This document shows positions 27,948-37,410 of a stretch of 64,000 nt of DNA, piece by piece. The translations under genes and the position numbers were made by a program. The notes below the pieces were generated by a model, which was given only the letters and a program-made list of their open reading frames with translations, did not search any database and was not told where the DNA came from. Every line of letters begins with the position of its first letter. The stretch's first letter is position 1. Origin of the DNA: an uncultured Bacteroidota bacterium (lineage in GTDB: Bacteria; Bacteroidota; Bacteroidia; Bacteroidales; CG2-30-32-10); the NCBI GenBank assembly GCA_963831005.1, contig CAWHOW010000027.1:45002-109001 (forward strand). The letters are read 5' to 3'.

Positions 27948-28247
27948 TGAAAAATTGATGAGGCGGTAGGTAATATCTGTATTATTCTGAATATCCTTAA
28001 AATTTTAATCCCAATACAATTTTACCGTATTGGGTCTTAAGCCTATGGTTGGTACTAGATAATATAAGCCTTCATGATTCTTGTTTTTTTGAGCATATTT
28101 TTTTAGTATCCTTTCAGTATAAGGTATTCTAATTGCAACAGATTTCATAGAAGTATCTATTTTTTCCCTTTTGAAAATACAGTATCTTGCATAAATATGC
28201 AGCCCTTTTGCTGTAATATAGAAAGAATGAAAGGTGAATATTTCACA

Positions 28248-28740
28248 TCATCTTTTGATTTCAAGTATTTCAAGGTCTTTTATATCGTTTCCGTTAATGG
28301 TAAACCTTATTGCTGTAATAACATGATGTAAACCATACTTTCCCGCAGCTCCAGGGTTAATATGAAGCAAATTCAGCTTTTTATCATAAATAACTTTAAG
28401 TATATGCGAATGACCACAGATAAATAACTTCGGCGGATTAAGATGTATTCTTTCTTTTACATCAGGATTATACCTTCCGGGATATCCTCCAATATGAGTA
28501 ATCCATGTATCCACATTCTCGCATTTAAATCGTAACTCTTTAGGATAAACTGCTTCTTACATCCTGACCGTCAATATTGCCATAAACGCCTTTAAATGGC
28601 TTTATTTCTGAAAGCCTGTCGGCAATAGCTATAGCACCCATATCACCGGCATGCCATATTTCATCTGTTTTACTAAGGAATTCAAGAATACTTGGATGAA
28701 GATAATTATGTGTATCTGATAACAATCCGATGCGAATCAT
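28248..28740 (-). pseudogene. YfcE/MJ0936-like metallophosphoesterase split by a frameshift near 28520-28540
   Basis: The N-terminal ORF has LLSDTHN and WHAGD. The C-terminal ORF has GHSH and NPGA motifs. The two pieces are in different frames (28740 vs 28514). Confidence 0.75.
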
Positions 28741-28766
28741 TCAATAAACTATTTTTTAAATGAAAT

Positions 28767-28796
28767 AAAAAAGAGGAACAAAATTGTTCCTCTTTT
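28767..28796. terminator. Hairpin terminator AAAAAGAGGAACA-AAAT-TGTTCCTCTTTTT (bidirectional shape)
   Basis: Perfect stem GAGGAACA/TGTTCCTC flanked by A and T runs, between the phosphoesterase gene and T9SS cargo copy 1. Confidence 0.6.
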
Positions 28797-29828
28797 TAAT
28801 AAAGACTATTCTTTTTTCTTACCTTATAACTTGTAACTGATTTTGTAGTAATTCCATCTTTGTTCTTCACCTGAACAAAATAAATACCTGCTTTAAACTC
28901 AGATGTATTAATTTGAGTATAATTCTGACCAATATTATTTTCATAAACTGTTTGACCAATAGTATTAATTATCTTAACACTTTCAATATTTTGATTGAAA
29001 CAACATTTACAAAATTATTTGATGGATTAGGATATAAGCCTATACAGCATTATCGTGAATAATTCTTGAACACCAACAGTAGATGAACAAACTATTAGGC
29101 AGTATCATCATGATCAAGATTGACACCAGCACTTACCATTGAAAGCCATGAATACCATATTTTACCCTGAACTTCAAAGCACCGGCAATATCAACAGTAG
29201 CACTGCTATTAGTACCTGATTACTATCCAATTCCACCAAGGTAAGTTGTAATTGTAATACGTAAGTTGGAAGTGTTCAATGCTACAGCAAATAATTAGCA
29301 GTTGTTAACGGAAACTGGTGTAGTAAAATGATAATCATTATTAAAATTAACTCCAAAGTTAGTAGTATCAATAGCACTTTTTACAATAGTTGCACTGGTT
29401 CCTAACAATGAACCAACAGCAATACTGCTACCTGTGCCAGTAGCGTGCAGTATAAATACTAACTGCAAGTATTTCCAGTTGTTCCAGCTTTTTGCATAGC
29501 AAACATTACAAAAGCGTCAGAAATTGTAGAACCAACTGTTGCAGTGTACCTCATTGCTAAATAGCAGGGAATTTATAATAACATTCGCCCGTAAAGAAAC
29601 CAGAATCAGGGTTTGCTGCAAGCATAATAAAGTGTTAAACTATCATAACATGTGCCCGTCATAAATGACAGTGGAACAACAGTATCGCATAATAGCTGCG
29701 CCAACATTGGTTAATACATGTTTTGCAGGAAATTCTTTTGCTTTTTTCAAATGAGTTGCTTCAATCTGGCTGAAAGCCATACTTACTGTAAGCATCATAA
29801 TTGCTACTAAAAAAGTAATTTTTTTCAT
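28796..29828 (-). pseudogene. Degraded T9SS-sorted secreted protein, tandem copy 1
   Basis: An intact signal peptide ORF (MKKITFLVAIMMLTVSMAFSQ, 29643-29828) and a recognisable CTD coding end (...GFYFVQVKNKDGITTKSVTSYKV). No long ORF lies between them, implying multiple frame breaks. Confidence 0.55.
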
Positions 29829-30006
29829 GTTTTTTCTGGTTTAAAGTTAGTAATGTATTTTAAAATTTATAATTGCAAATATATAATTTATTTTTAAACA
29901 AAAATATATTTTTCCATCTTTTTCAGTAGGTTGTCATTTGCATTATGATGTCTTAATATTCATTTTAAATTATTAAAAATACTACTCCCGTTTCAGTTTA
30001 AGCAAA

Positions 30007-30041
30007 TAAAAAAAGAGGAACAAATTTGTTCCTCTTTTTTT
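30007..30041. terminator. Second copy of the GAGGAACA/TGTTCCTC hairpin terminator
   Basis: AAAAAAAGAGGAACAAATTTGTTCCTCTTTTTTT. It is part of the 1.18-kb tandem duplication. Confidence 0.6.
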
Positions 30042-30085
30042 ATAATAACTATATTTATTATTTATGACTTGTAATGATTTTGTGG

Positions 30086-31010
30086 TTATTCATCCTTGTT
30101 CTTAACCTGAACAAAATAAAAACCTGCTTTAAACTCAGAAGTATTTATTTGAGCATAATTCTGACCAATATTGTTTTCATAAACTGTCTGACCAATAGTG
30201 TTAATTATCTTAACACTTTCAATATTCTGGTTAGATACAACATTTACAATATTATTTGATGGATTAGGATATACGCCAACAGTATTATTTGCATATTCAT
30301 GTATACCAGAAGTGGAGCAAACAATAGGAAGTATAGCTAATTCCATATTTTGACACCAGTTCATAAAACAATTGGAATATGAATACCAATTACCATCGCC
30401 TTCCAATGTCCAGGCAAGGGAATCAGTGGTATGACAATCAACCGGGTTTCCATAAACTGCTAAAGTATCGTTAGTGGCAGTAATTGGAAATACAACGCAT
30501 GCAGCGAAATCACTTGTTACATTAACCGGAGTAGAAAAAGTATAAATAGTTGCAGTAGATGAAGCTAATTGCACTCATGGCAACAGGATTACTGGTTCCA
30601 AGCAAACCTGAAGGAGCTTTAGAAGTTGCATCAATACCATAAATCCTTACATAAGTATTGGCTGTGCCGGTAGTTAGCTGTTACAGCAGCTTCTGCAACG
30701 ATAACGGCTGATATTGAACCAGCAGTAGTATTATAATATTTCTGAGCAATAGCTGAGTCTCCATATGAATCAGTACCAGTTAAATACCCTGCACCGCCTT
30801 GTAAGCCATAATAAACTAAAGAGTCACCGCAAGCCGTACCAAAAGTAGGAGGTTTTAATGTATCACAAGTAGCAGCTAAAATTCCCCGTGGTAGTGAATG
30901 TATTGTAAGTAATCCCGCCAGCTTGATCTTAAATGATTTGAATTCTTTTGGCTAAATGACATGCTTCCTATAAGCATCATAATTGCTACTAAAAAATTAA
31001 TTTTTTTCAT
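30086..31010 (-). pseudogene. Degraded T9SS-sorted secreted protein, tandem copy 2
   Basis: The 162-aa ORF (30086-30574) carries the CTD (VYPNPSNNIVNV...GFYFVQVKNKDE) but stops about 15 codons earlier than copy 1. The signal-peptide ATG is at about 31010 (MKKINFLVAIMMLI...), with a frame break between them. Confidence 0.55.
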
Positions 31011-31271
31011 GTTTTTTCTGGTTTAAAGTTAGTAATGTATTTTAAAATTTATTGGTGCAAATATATAATTTATTTTTAAACAAAAAATAATTATTATTCT
31101 TATTATTTTTTTGCAGCAATGCACAAAGTTAAGTCAAAGAGTAGTTAAATGTTACGTAAAAACGCTTTCGGTTTGATCCATACAGCTTTCGGTTTGCTCC
31201 GTTCTGCGAGCCGAAAATCATTTCACGAAAGCCTAAAATGGAATAATGCGATACTTTTGCCTTAGTTTGGG

Positions 31272-32549
31272 TTATGTTTGAAGAAAAGTTAAATATTTAT
31301 GGTTTTTTTGATGAATTTGCTTTACATGTATAACAATACAAAATAGTATTATCAGAAAATTGGCAAGCCCCAGTATGCCGTATGAAGAAAGGAAAGATGA
31401 AATATCCGCTCCTACAATATCCCTCATATTAAATCCAAACATTACCAGGCAAATAATTCCAATAATTTTGTAAGCGATTGTTCCCTTTTTCTCAAAAAGA
31501 AAATGAATAATAATGGCTATTAAAGGGATTGACAAAAGGAAATGCTCCGAATCAGTTACGGTAATATTTGGAACTATAGCAAGCAGAAGGAAATATTCAA
31601 ATACGAAATTACCCTCTTTGATTAGTTGAGATGAAAGGAATGTCCGTTCTTTTTTCAAATGAAAGATCAGCAGCATTAAGAAAGCAATTGCAATCAACGA
31701 AATTATGATTATCCCGAATGCTTTATCATAATGAATAGTATCTGAAAAAAAGAAATGCCCGACACTCCTGTAAAGCCATGAAAAGATGGTATACTGTCCG
31801 TCAATAAGAGAGTTATTGTGAAGCTGCATAGTCGTCAGCCACTGCCTGTGAAGTTCAATATTATATTTAATGCCTGTAAATACTGCCGGAAGAATAAGTC
31901 CTGAAATGATTCCTGCAACAGTATAGAATAAACATTTAAACTTTTTTCTGAATAATAGCAGAGGAAGAAATATTATGAAATGAGGTTTTATTAATATGCC
32001 TAATGCCAGCAATAATCCGGCTTTTAACTCTTTTCCTTTCAATAAATATCTCAATGCAATAATAAAAATTAAAAGAAGAATAGAATTAATATTTCCTAAA
32101 TGAAGCTCTGTATAAACATTGGGAAGAATTGGCAAAAAAATGAGAAATAGCAATAGATTTAGGTTTGCTAACTTACTATCAGGAAAGAAGTGCAATTTGA
32201 CAATCTTAGCAGAAAGAATAATTACTGAAGTAATTGCCACAGAAAGAATAATAAAATGCAACACTTTTGCTGCATAAAATGGCAATAAACTAAAAGGGGC
32301 GAATATCAGTAACGCAAATGGAGAATATTTGTAAAAACCGGATGATAAGCCATACGAAACACCATATACTTTTTCACCATGTAATAATGAATTCGCCGCC
32401 GAATAATACACTTCATAATCGTGCATCCAGAAACGATGATTGATATTTTGAACTATGAAGAACGCAACGCAAAAGAATGCCATAAAGGAAATGAACCAGG
32501 CATTTCCTCTGAAAAGTTCCTTATAATTATATTTCGACAAAATGTTCAT
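31272..32549 (-). CDS. Polytopic membrane glycosyltransferase-like protein (DUF2029/GT87-like)
   Basis: 425 aa, about 11 TM helices, with sequence character similar to the GT-C fold mannosyltransferase-like DUF2029 family. The assignment is tentative. Confidence 0.5.
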   Translation of the reverse strand: MNILSKYNYKELFRGNAWFISFMAFFCVAFFIVQNINHRFWMHDYEVYYSAANSLLHGEKVYGVSYGLSSGFYKYSPFALLIFAPFSLLPFYAAKVLHFIILSVAITSVIILSAKIVKLHFFPDSKLANLNLLLFLIFLPILPNVYTELHLGNINSILLLIFIIALRYLLKGKELKAGLLLALGILIKPHFIIFLPLLLFRKKFKCLFYTVAGIISGLILPAVFTGIKYNIELHRQWLTTMQLHNNSLIDGQYTIFSWLYRSVGHFFFSDTIHYDKAFGIIIISLIAIAFLMLLIFHLKKERTFLSSQLIKEGNFVFEYFLLLAIVPNITVTDSEHFLLSIPLIAIIIHFLFEKKGTIAYKIIGIICLVMFGFNMRDIVGADISSFLSSYGILGLANFLIILFCIVIHVKQIHQKNHKYLTFLQT

Positions 32550-32574
32550 CGGGTAAATTGAATGTAAATTTATT

Positions 32575-32606
32575 AAAAAAAAGAAACCCTGTAAATTACA
32601 GGGTTT
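32575..32606 (-). terminator. Rho-independent terminator downstream of ftcD
   Basis: The minus strand reads AAACCCTGTAA-T-TTACAGGGTTT followed by CTTTTTTTT. Confidence 0.75.
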
Positions 32607-32627
32607 TTCATATTAAATATGATTGGA

Positions 32628-34313
32628 CTATTTTATTTTTCCTTCAACCATGCAAAGTATCTCGGCTTCCAATGCCTTGGTCTTTTCTTCAATCTCTTTC
32701 CCCTTTTCAAGTATCTCTTTAACAAATTTCTTATCTTCAAGTCCGGCTGCATTAATTTTCACATTCAGGAAAGCGCCCATTACTGCAGTGCGTGCACATA
32801 AGGCTCCAACACCGGCATCGGTAATGGAATTAGGATTACCTATTTCAACCATTGCTTTAATTATTTCCAATGATTCAAATGCTTTTTGCATGGTGCGGAA
32901 TGGAACTTCGGTGGCATATTTGGTTGCTTCTTGTATTGCAGCATTTCTGGCAGCCTTTTCTGCATCACTTTTTTTAGGAAGACCGAATGCATCCATTATC
33001 TTATTAAATGAAACAGTATCTTCATCAACAAGGTAAAGAAGTTCATCTTTCAGTGACTGACCTTTTTCAGCCCAAATGCTGAATTCTTCCCAGCGCTCAT
33101 CCCATCCTGCTTTGTGCGATGAAAGATTTGCGACCATAGTTCCCAGTGAAACACCCAAAGCCCCAATATAAGCGGATACAGAACCTCCACCAGGTGCAGG
33201 CGATTCGGATGCGGTTTCGTTTGCAAAACCTTTGCAAGTCATATTAACCAGGCTTTTCTTTGAAGTGTCTTCAAGAAGATATTCTATGATTTTCTCTTTT
33301 GGATTAAAAGGTTTCAAGTCATCAAGCCCTAATGATTTTACAGCTATTTTAATAATCTCTTCTTCCGCAACACCAACTGAACGCTGTTGTTTGCGAAGGA
33401 AATATTTCCCTGCTTCTATCATCGCTTTTTTAGGTATCAAACCAACAAGTTCAGAACCAGTAGCACGTAAACCTCTTTCCTGTGCTTTTTTGCTGGCTTC
33501 TTCAAAAGCAATATGAACAGGAGTAATGCTGATGTTGGTTAAGTTTATTGAAATCTGTGCAATACCGTATTCTTCAATAAACCAGCCAATGGCTTTGCAT
33601 GCTTTAAGCGAACCGGGAATCATTACATCCTTACCGTTAGCATCTTTTACAATTTTACCTGTTACCTGGTTGCCTTCGCGCTTAGGGCGTCCTTTTTCGC
33701 GTATATCAAATGCTATGGCATTGGCTCTTCTAACGGAAGTTGTATTGAGGTTAACATTATATGCTACTAGAAAATCTCTGGCACCAACTGCTGTGGCACC
33801 AGCGGTAGCATTAAATGTAGAGGGTCCGAAATCGGGTTTCCATTTAGGGTCGGCAAGCTTTTGTTGTAACCCTTCGTATTCACCGGAACGGCAATTGGCA
33901 AGGTTTCTTCTTTCGGATGAAAATGCAGCATTCTCATAACAATATATAGGTATCTTCAATTCTTTTCCAACCCTTTCAGCCAGTTTACGGGCATAGACAA
34001 CGGTCTCGTCCATTGTAATGTTAGCAACAGGGACAAAAGGACAAACATCGGTAGCGCCAAAGCGGGGATGTTCGCCTTTATGCTTACGCATATCAATAAC
34101 TTCAGATGCTTTTTTAATTGCTTTGAAAGCCGCTTCAACAACTGCATCCGGCTCGCCTACAAAAGTTACCACTGTTCGGTTGGTTGCTTTTCCGGGGTCA
34201 ACATCAAGCAATTTAACGCCTTCAACTGTTTCAATCTGGTCGGTAATCTGTTTGATAATGCCCATATCGTTCCCCTCACTGAAATTGGGAACACATTCAA
34301 TAATCTGTTTCAT
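32628..34313 (-). CDS. ftcD: Bifunctional glutamate formimidoyltransferase / formimidoyltetrahydrofolate cyclodeaminase
   Basis: N-terminus IECVPNFSEGND (formiminotransferase signature) and a C-terminal cyclodeaminase-type helical domain (SESPAPGGGSVSAYIGALG). Confidence 0.9.
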   Translation of the reverse strand: MKQIIECVPNFSEGNDMGIIKQITDQIETVEGVKLLDVDPGKATNRTVVTFVGEPDAVVEAAFKAIKKASEVIDMRKHKGEHPRFGATDVCPFVPVANITMDETVVYARKLAERVGKELKIPIYCYENAAFSSERRNLANCRSGEYEGLQQKLADPKWKPDFGPSTFNATAGATAVGARDFLVAYNVNLNTTSVRRANAIAFDIREKGRPKREGNQVTGKIVKDANGKDVMIPGSLKACKAIGWFIEEYGIAQISINLTNISITPVHIAFEEASKKAQERGLRATGSELVGLIPKKAMIEAGKYFLRKQQRSVGVAEEEIIKIAVKSLGLDDLKPFNPKEKIIEYLLEDTSKKSLVNMTCKGFANETASESPAPGGGSVSAYIGALGVSLGTMVANLSSHKAGWDERWEEFSIWAEKGQSLKDELLYLVDEDTVSFNKIMDAFGLPKKSDAEKAARNAAIQEATKYATEVPFRTMQKAFESLEIIKAMVEIGNPNSITDAGVGALCARTAVMGAFLNVKINAAGLEDKKFVKEILEKGKEIEEKTKALEAEILCMVEGKIK

Positions 34314-34604
34314 AATACAATAAAAAGTTTATAGATGATATATACGCTGCGAAATTAGAAAAAAAGATGGGAGAAATTAAAAATGTTTGTTTTTGCTTTG
34401 ATGTTATCTGGAGTGTTGAGTATTAGTTTCGATGCTATTCGGCCTATTCGGCATCTGTGCTTTACTCTTTTCAACACTTCCAGCTCATATTCATTCATAA
34501 TGAAAGCAAATTTAATAATTCCTTCCAAACATTATTTTTTTTCTCAAACAATTAACCTATTCCTTCGTTATTATAGGAACATATACCGTACAATATTCAA
34601 TATC

Positions 34605-35102
34605 CTAAGCAAATTTACTTTTAACAAGAGCCAATTCATCAACAACCGAACGGTATTCATTAAATACCGAACGGTTGTTATCAAATACCGAACGGTTGTC
34701 ATCAAATACCGTACGGTTGTTATCAAATACCGTACGGTTGCCATCAACATTCAGAGGTAATTTATTAAAATGCCTTAGGTTGTCGTTAAATACTGTACGG
34801 TTGTCATCAACAACTGAACGGTATTCATCAATTACCGTACGGTTGTCATCAATTACCGTACGGTTGTTATCAAATACCGTACGGTTGTTATCAATTACCG
34901 AACGGTAATCATCAAATTCCTAAAGGTTATCATCAAATTTGCAACTATAATCACCAATATTGCTAACAACATCATCAATTTCGTTAAGCAAATCATCAAA
35001 CTTGCTTACATATTTAATAAATGAAGCGCTAAAGTTAACAAAAGCAGTACCGTTATTGGGAAAAGAGGCTCGGTTATTGGAAAAAGCGTGACTGTTGTTC
35101 AA
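34605..35102 (-). pseudogene. Heptad-repeat ORF (about 23 x 7 aa) built on a 21-bp tandem array; one in-frame TAG at 34920-34922
   Basis: The minus frame reads MNNSHAFS NNRASFP NNGTAFV ... KFDDNL* EFDDYRSVI DNNRTVF DNNRTVI DDNRTVI ... DNNRSVF ... SKFA*. Phe/Ile recurs every 7th residue, even in repeats that have diverged at the DNA level. Coding status is uncertain. Confidence 0.45.
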
Positions 35103-35147
35103 TTATTTTGCAATAATAAACTTGAATTATAGATTAAACGTTTATTT

Positions 35148-35290
35148 CACCCCTAAAGGGGTTTTGTTTTTCCAGGGGTTTTCCTTTTCTACCAATATAA
35201 TGCTCCTAACGGAGCTTAGAAAAGTCCTGTAAGGACCAAATATTAATAGAAAACAAATTGACATTGTCCATATAACCCTGCAGGGGTTTA
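35148..35290. repeat. Cluster of short stem-loops (Bacteroidota multi-hairpin intergenic repeat)
   Basis: CCCCTAAAGGGG, CTCCTAACGGAG, GTCCTGTAAGGAC and CCCTGCAGGG, spaced about 30-60 nt apart. Confidence 0.6.
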
Positions 35291-35333
35291 ATATTCTTAA
35301 AAGTTAATCCATAATGCACGATATAACAAAGCT

Positions 35334-37127
35334 TTATTGATTGCTTTCCTTTTGAAGTTCCTGCTCAACTTTAGCTTTAAGGTTCATGGCTTTTTCATCA
35401 TTGGGATTAATCTGCAGCACCTTATCGCAATCGTCTGAAGCCCCTGCAAAATCCTTTAAAGAATATTTGGATCTGGCCCTGTTATAATAAGCATTAAAGC
35501 CTTTGGGATCAAGTTCCACAGCTTTTGTAAAAGTTTCAATTGCCTCCCTGAAATTGCCCATCGAATTCAGCACAGTTCCTTTACCGTTATAGGCTTCGGC
35601 AAAGTTTGGATTGAAATGAATAGCTTTGTCAAAATCTTCAATGGCCATATTGTAATTGGCCAGGCTCATATTTGCAAACCCCCTGATGCAATATGCTTTT
35701 ACAAATTTATTATTTAATGAAATGGCGATATTGCAATCGTCCAATGCCCCGCGTTTATCACCCAGTTTAAACTTCATAAACCCCCTGTTACTATATGCAT
35801 CGCTAAAGGAGGGGTTAATAATAATAGCTTTGTTATAATCATTAAGCGCCCCCTGGTAATCTTTAGCTGATAATTTTAAATGCCCCCTGTTATTGTATGC
35901 TAAAGCAGAATTTGGATTTTTAGAGATGGCAGTATTATAAAAAGTTATCGGGTCGGAATATGAACGGGATTTAATAAAAGTGAAAGAACTTAAAAGCACA
36001 AAAAGGGCAGGCATTACCCAAAAACTTTTACTGTTGGCTTTTTCAAACCATTTCTTTGGTAATACAAAAAGTATAAATAAAAGTATCCCAATTAATGGCA
36101 GAAAAAAACGATGATCCAGATAATCAATAAGTGGATGCTTGAACAGCATCGGAGGAAGCATTAAAATTAAAAACCATGAGAGGCCGAATATCTTTTCTTT
36201 TGTAGTCCTTTCCCTGTTTTTAATTAAGATAATAATAATTAAAGCAATAATTACTAAGCCTGTTAAGGTTTTAAAGAAAGAAAACCCGGGAATAGGTGCA
36301 TTATCAATGGGAAGGAAAAATTGTGCCAGCGATTCGGGGATTGTTTGCAGGTTCAACATCACGGCTGCTAATCCTAAAATGTCATTTGAATTGGAAGAAT
36401 CGCCAACTGCCTTTGAACGCATCCAATACCAGAGTATTCCTGATATTGCATAAAGGATAATTATGAAAAGATACTTCCAGTTAAAACGTTTTTCGGTAGA
36501 AAAAGTAAAAAAATATATAATGAAAATAAAAGGAAGGAAAGCGGCAGTTTCCTTACACAACAAGGCAATTGTAAAAGCAATCCAATTTAAAAGTAAATAA
36601 ATGGTTTTTCGTTTTTGAAGAAAATCAATAAAGAATATAAACGATACTAACGAAAACAACAACAACAGCATATCCCCTCTTGCGGGAATCCATGCAACAG
36701 ATGATACAAAAAGCGGGTGTGCGCAGTAAATCAAAGCAGCTAACAAAGCTAACTTAACCGGAATTAAGAAACGCCGTAGCAAAAGAAATAGCAGGCACGA
36801 TATAATTCCTAAAAGTAAAATATTAGTTAAGTGAAACATCCATACACTGTTTGCTCCCGACAACTGTAAATCCACCATGTACGATAAAGTTTGCAGGGGG
36901 CGATAGAAGGAACTCATCTTTGAAATAAATGCATCTGTCATGAATGCATGAAATGTGTTATTAAAATGACTCAGGAAGGTAATATTATTTAAAATTATCC
37001 CATCATCATCAAAATGAGTAAATCCGAAACCAATAGTTTGAAGGTATAATAATACAGGTACGCAAAAGGCAATAATAATATGGACGATTGAAACATTTGT
37101 TCCTGAAAAACTCTTTCTATGATTCAT
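35334..37127 (-). CDS. TMTC-like GT-C glycosyltransferase with C-terminal TPR repeats (paralog 1)
   Basis: The N-terminal 400 aa are polytopic, with FTHFDDDGII (a GT-C acidic loop motif) and YRPLQTLSYMVD. The C-terminus has about 6 TPR units (AYNNRG, AYSNRG, AYCIRG, AYNGKG, AYYNRA). Confidence 0.75.
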   Translation of the reverse strand: MNHRKSFSGTNVSIVHIIIAFCVPVLLYLQTIGFGFTHFDDDGIILNNITFLSHFNNTFHAFMTDAFISKMSSFYRPLQTLSYMVDLQLSGANSVWMFHLTNILLLGIISCLLFLLLRRFLIPVKLALLAALIYCAHPLFVSSVAWIPARGDMLLLLFSLVSFIFFIDFLQKRKTIYLLLNWIAFTIALLCKETAAFLPFIFIIYFFTFSTEKRFNWKYLFIIILYAISGILWYWMRSKAVGDSSNSNDILGLAAVMLNLQTIPESLAQFFLPIDNAPIPGFSFFKTLTGLVIIALIIIILIKNRERTTKEKIFGLSWFLILMLPPMLFKHPLIDYLDHRFFLPLIGILLFILFVLPKKWFEKANSKSFWVMPALFVLLSSFTFIKSRSYSDPITFYNTAISKNPNSALAYNNRGHLKLSAKDYQGALNDYNKAIIINPSFSDAYSNRGFMKFKLGDKRGALDDCNIAISLNNKFVKAYCIRGFANMSLANYNMAIEDFDKAIHFNPNFAEAYNGKGTVLNSMGNFREAIETFTKAVELDPKGFNAYYNRARSKYSLKDFAGASDDCDKVLQINPNDEKAMNLKAKVEQELQKESNQ

Positions 37128-37183
37128 TACTTTTAACTTAATTATTCATGTTACGCACAGATAATTTAATACTGCTTTTAAGT

Positions 37184-37376
37184 GTGATTCCTCACTCCGT
37201 TCGGAATGACAACAATATTATTATTAACAGGAGGGAGCGGGAAAGCGCCCGCTTGAAGCGGGCGCTTTCCCGCTCCCTCTCACACATCATAAACATTATG
37301 TCATTCCGAATGGAACGCCTGCCTGCTCGCCTGCCTGTCCGGTAGGCAGGGTAGGCAGGAAGTGAAATGAGGAATC
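37184..37376. repeat. GC-rich nested palindromic element between the two tandem GT-C/TPR paralogs
   Basis: A near-perfect 22-23 bp stem GGAGGGAGCGGGAAAGCGCCCGC/GCGGGCGCTTTCCCGCTCCCTC (37230-37279), a second hairpin CCTGCCTG...AGGCAGG (about 37316-37360), and outer arms GATTCCTCACTCCGTTCGGAATGACA / TGTCATTCCGAATGGA ... ATGAGGAATC. Confidence 0.8.
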
Positions 37377-37410
37377 TAAATATGAAAAATATTTGTTTGC
37401 GTAACATCAG

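Noticed and set aside
34383-34908. Plus-strand ORFs reading the 21-bp array as RTVVIKY / LSSNTVR repeats
   Set aside because: They are open only because the repeat lacks stops in those frames. Only the minus-strand frame keeps a 7-residue periodicity through the diverged 5' units and has an ATG with a non-repetitive context.
37148-37407. ORFs 37148-37345 (+) and 37192-37407 (-)
   Set aside because: They are mirror-image translations of the GC-rich palindrome (both contain RERESARLKRALSRSL-type strings), so they are not genes.
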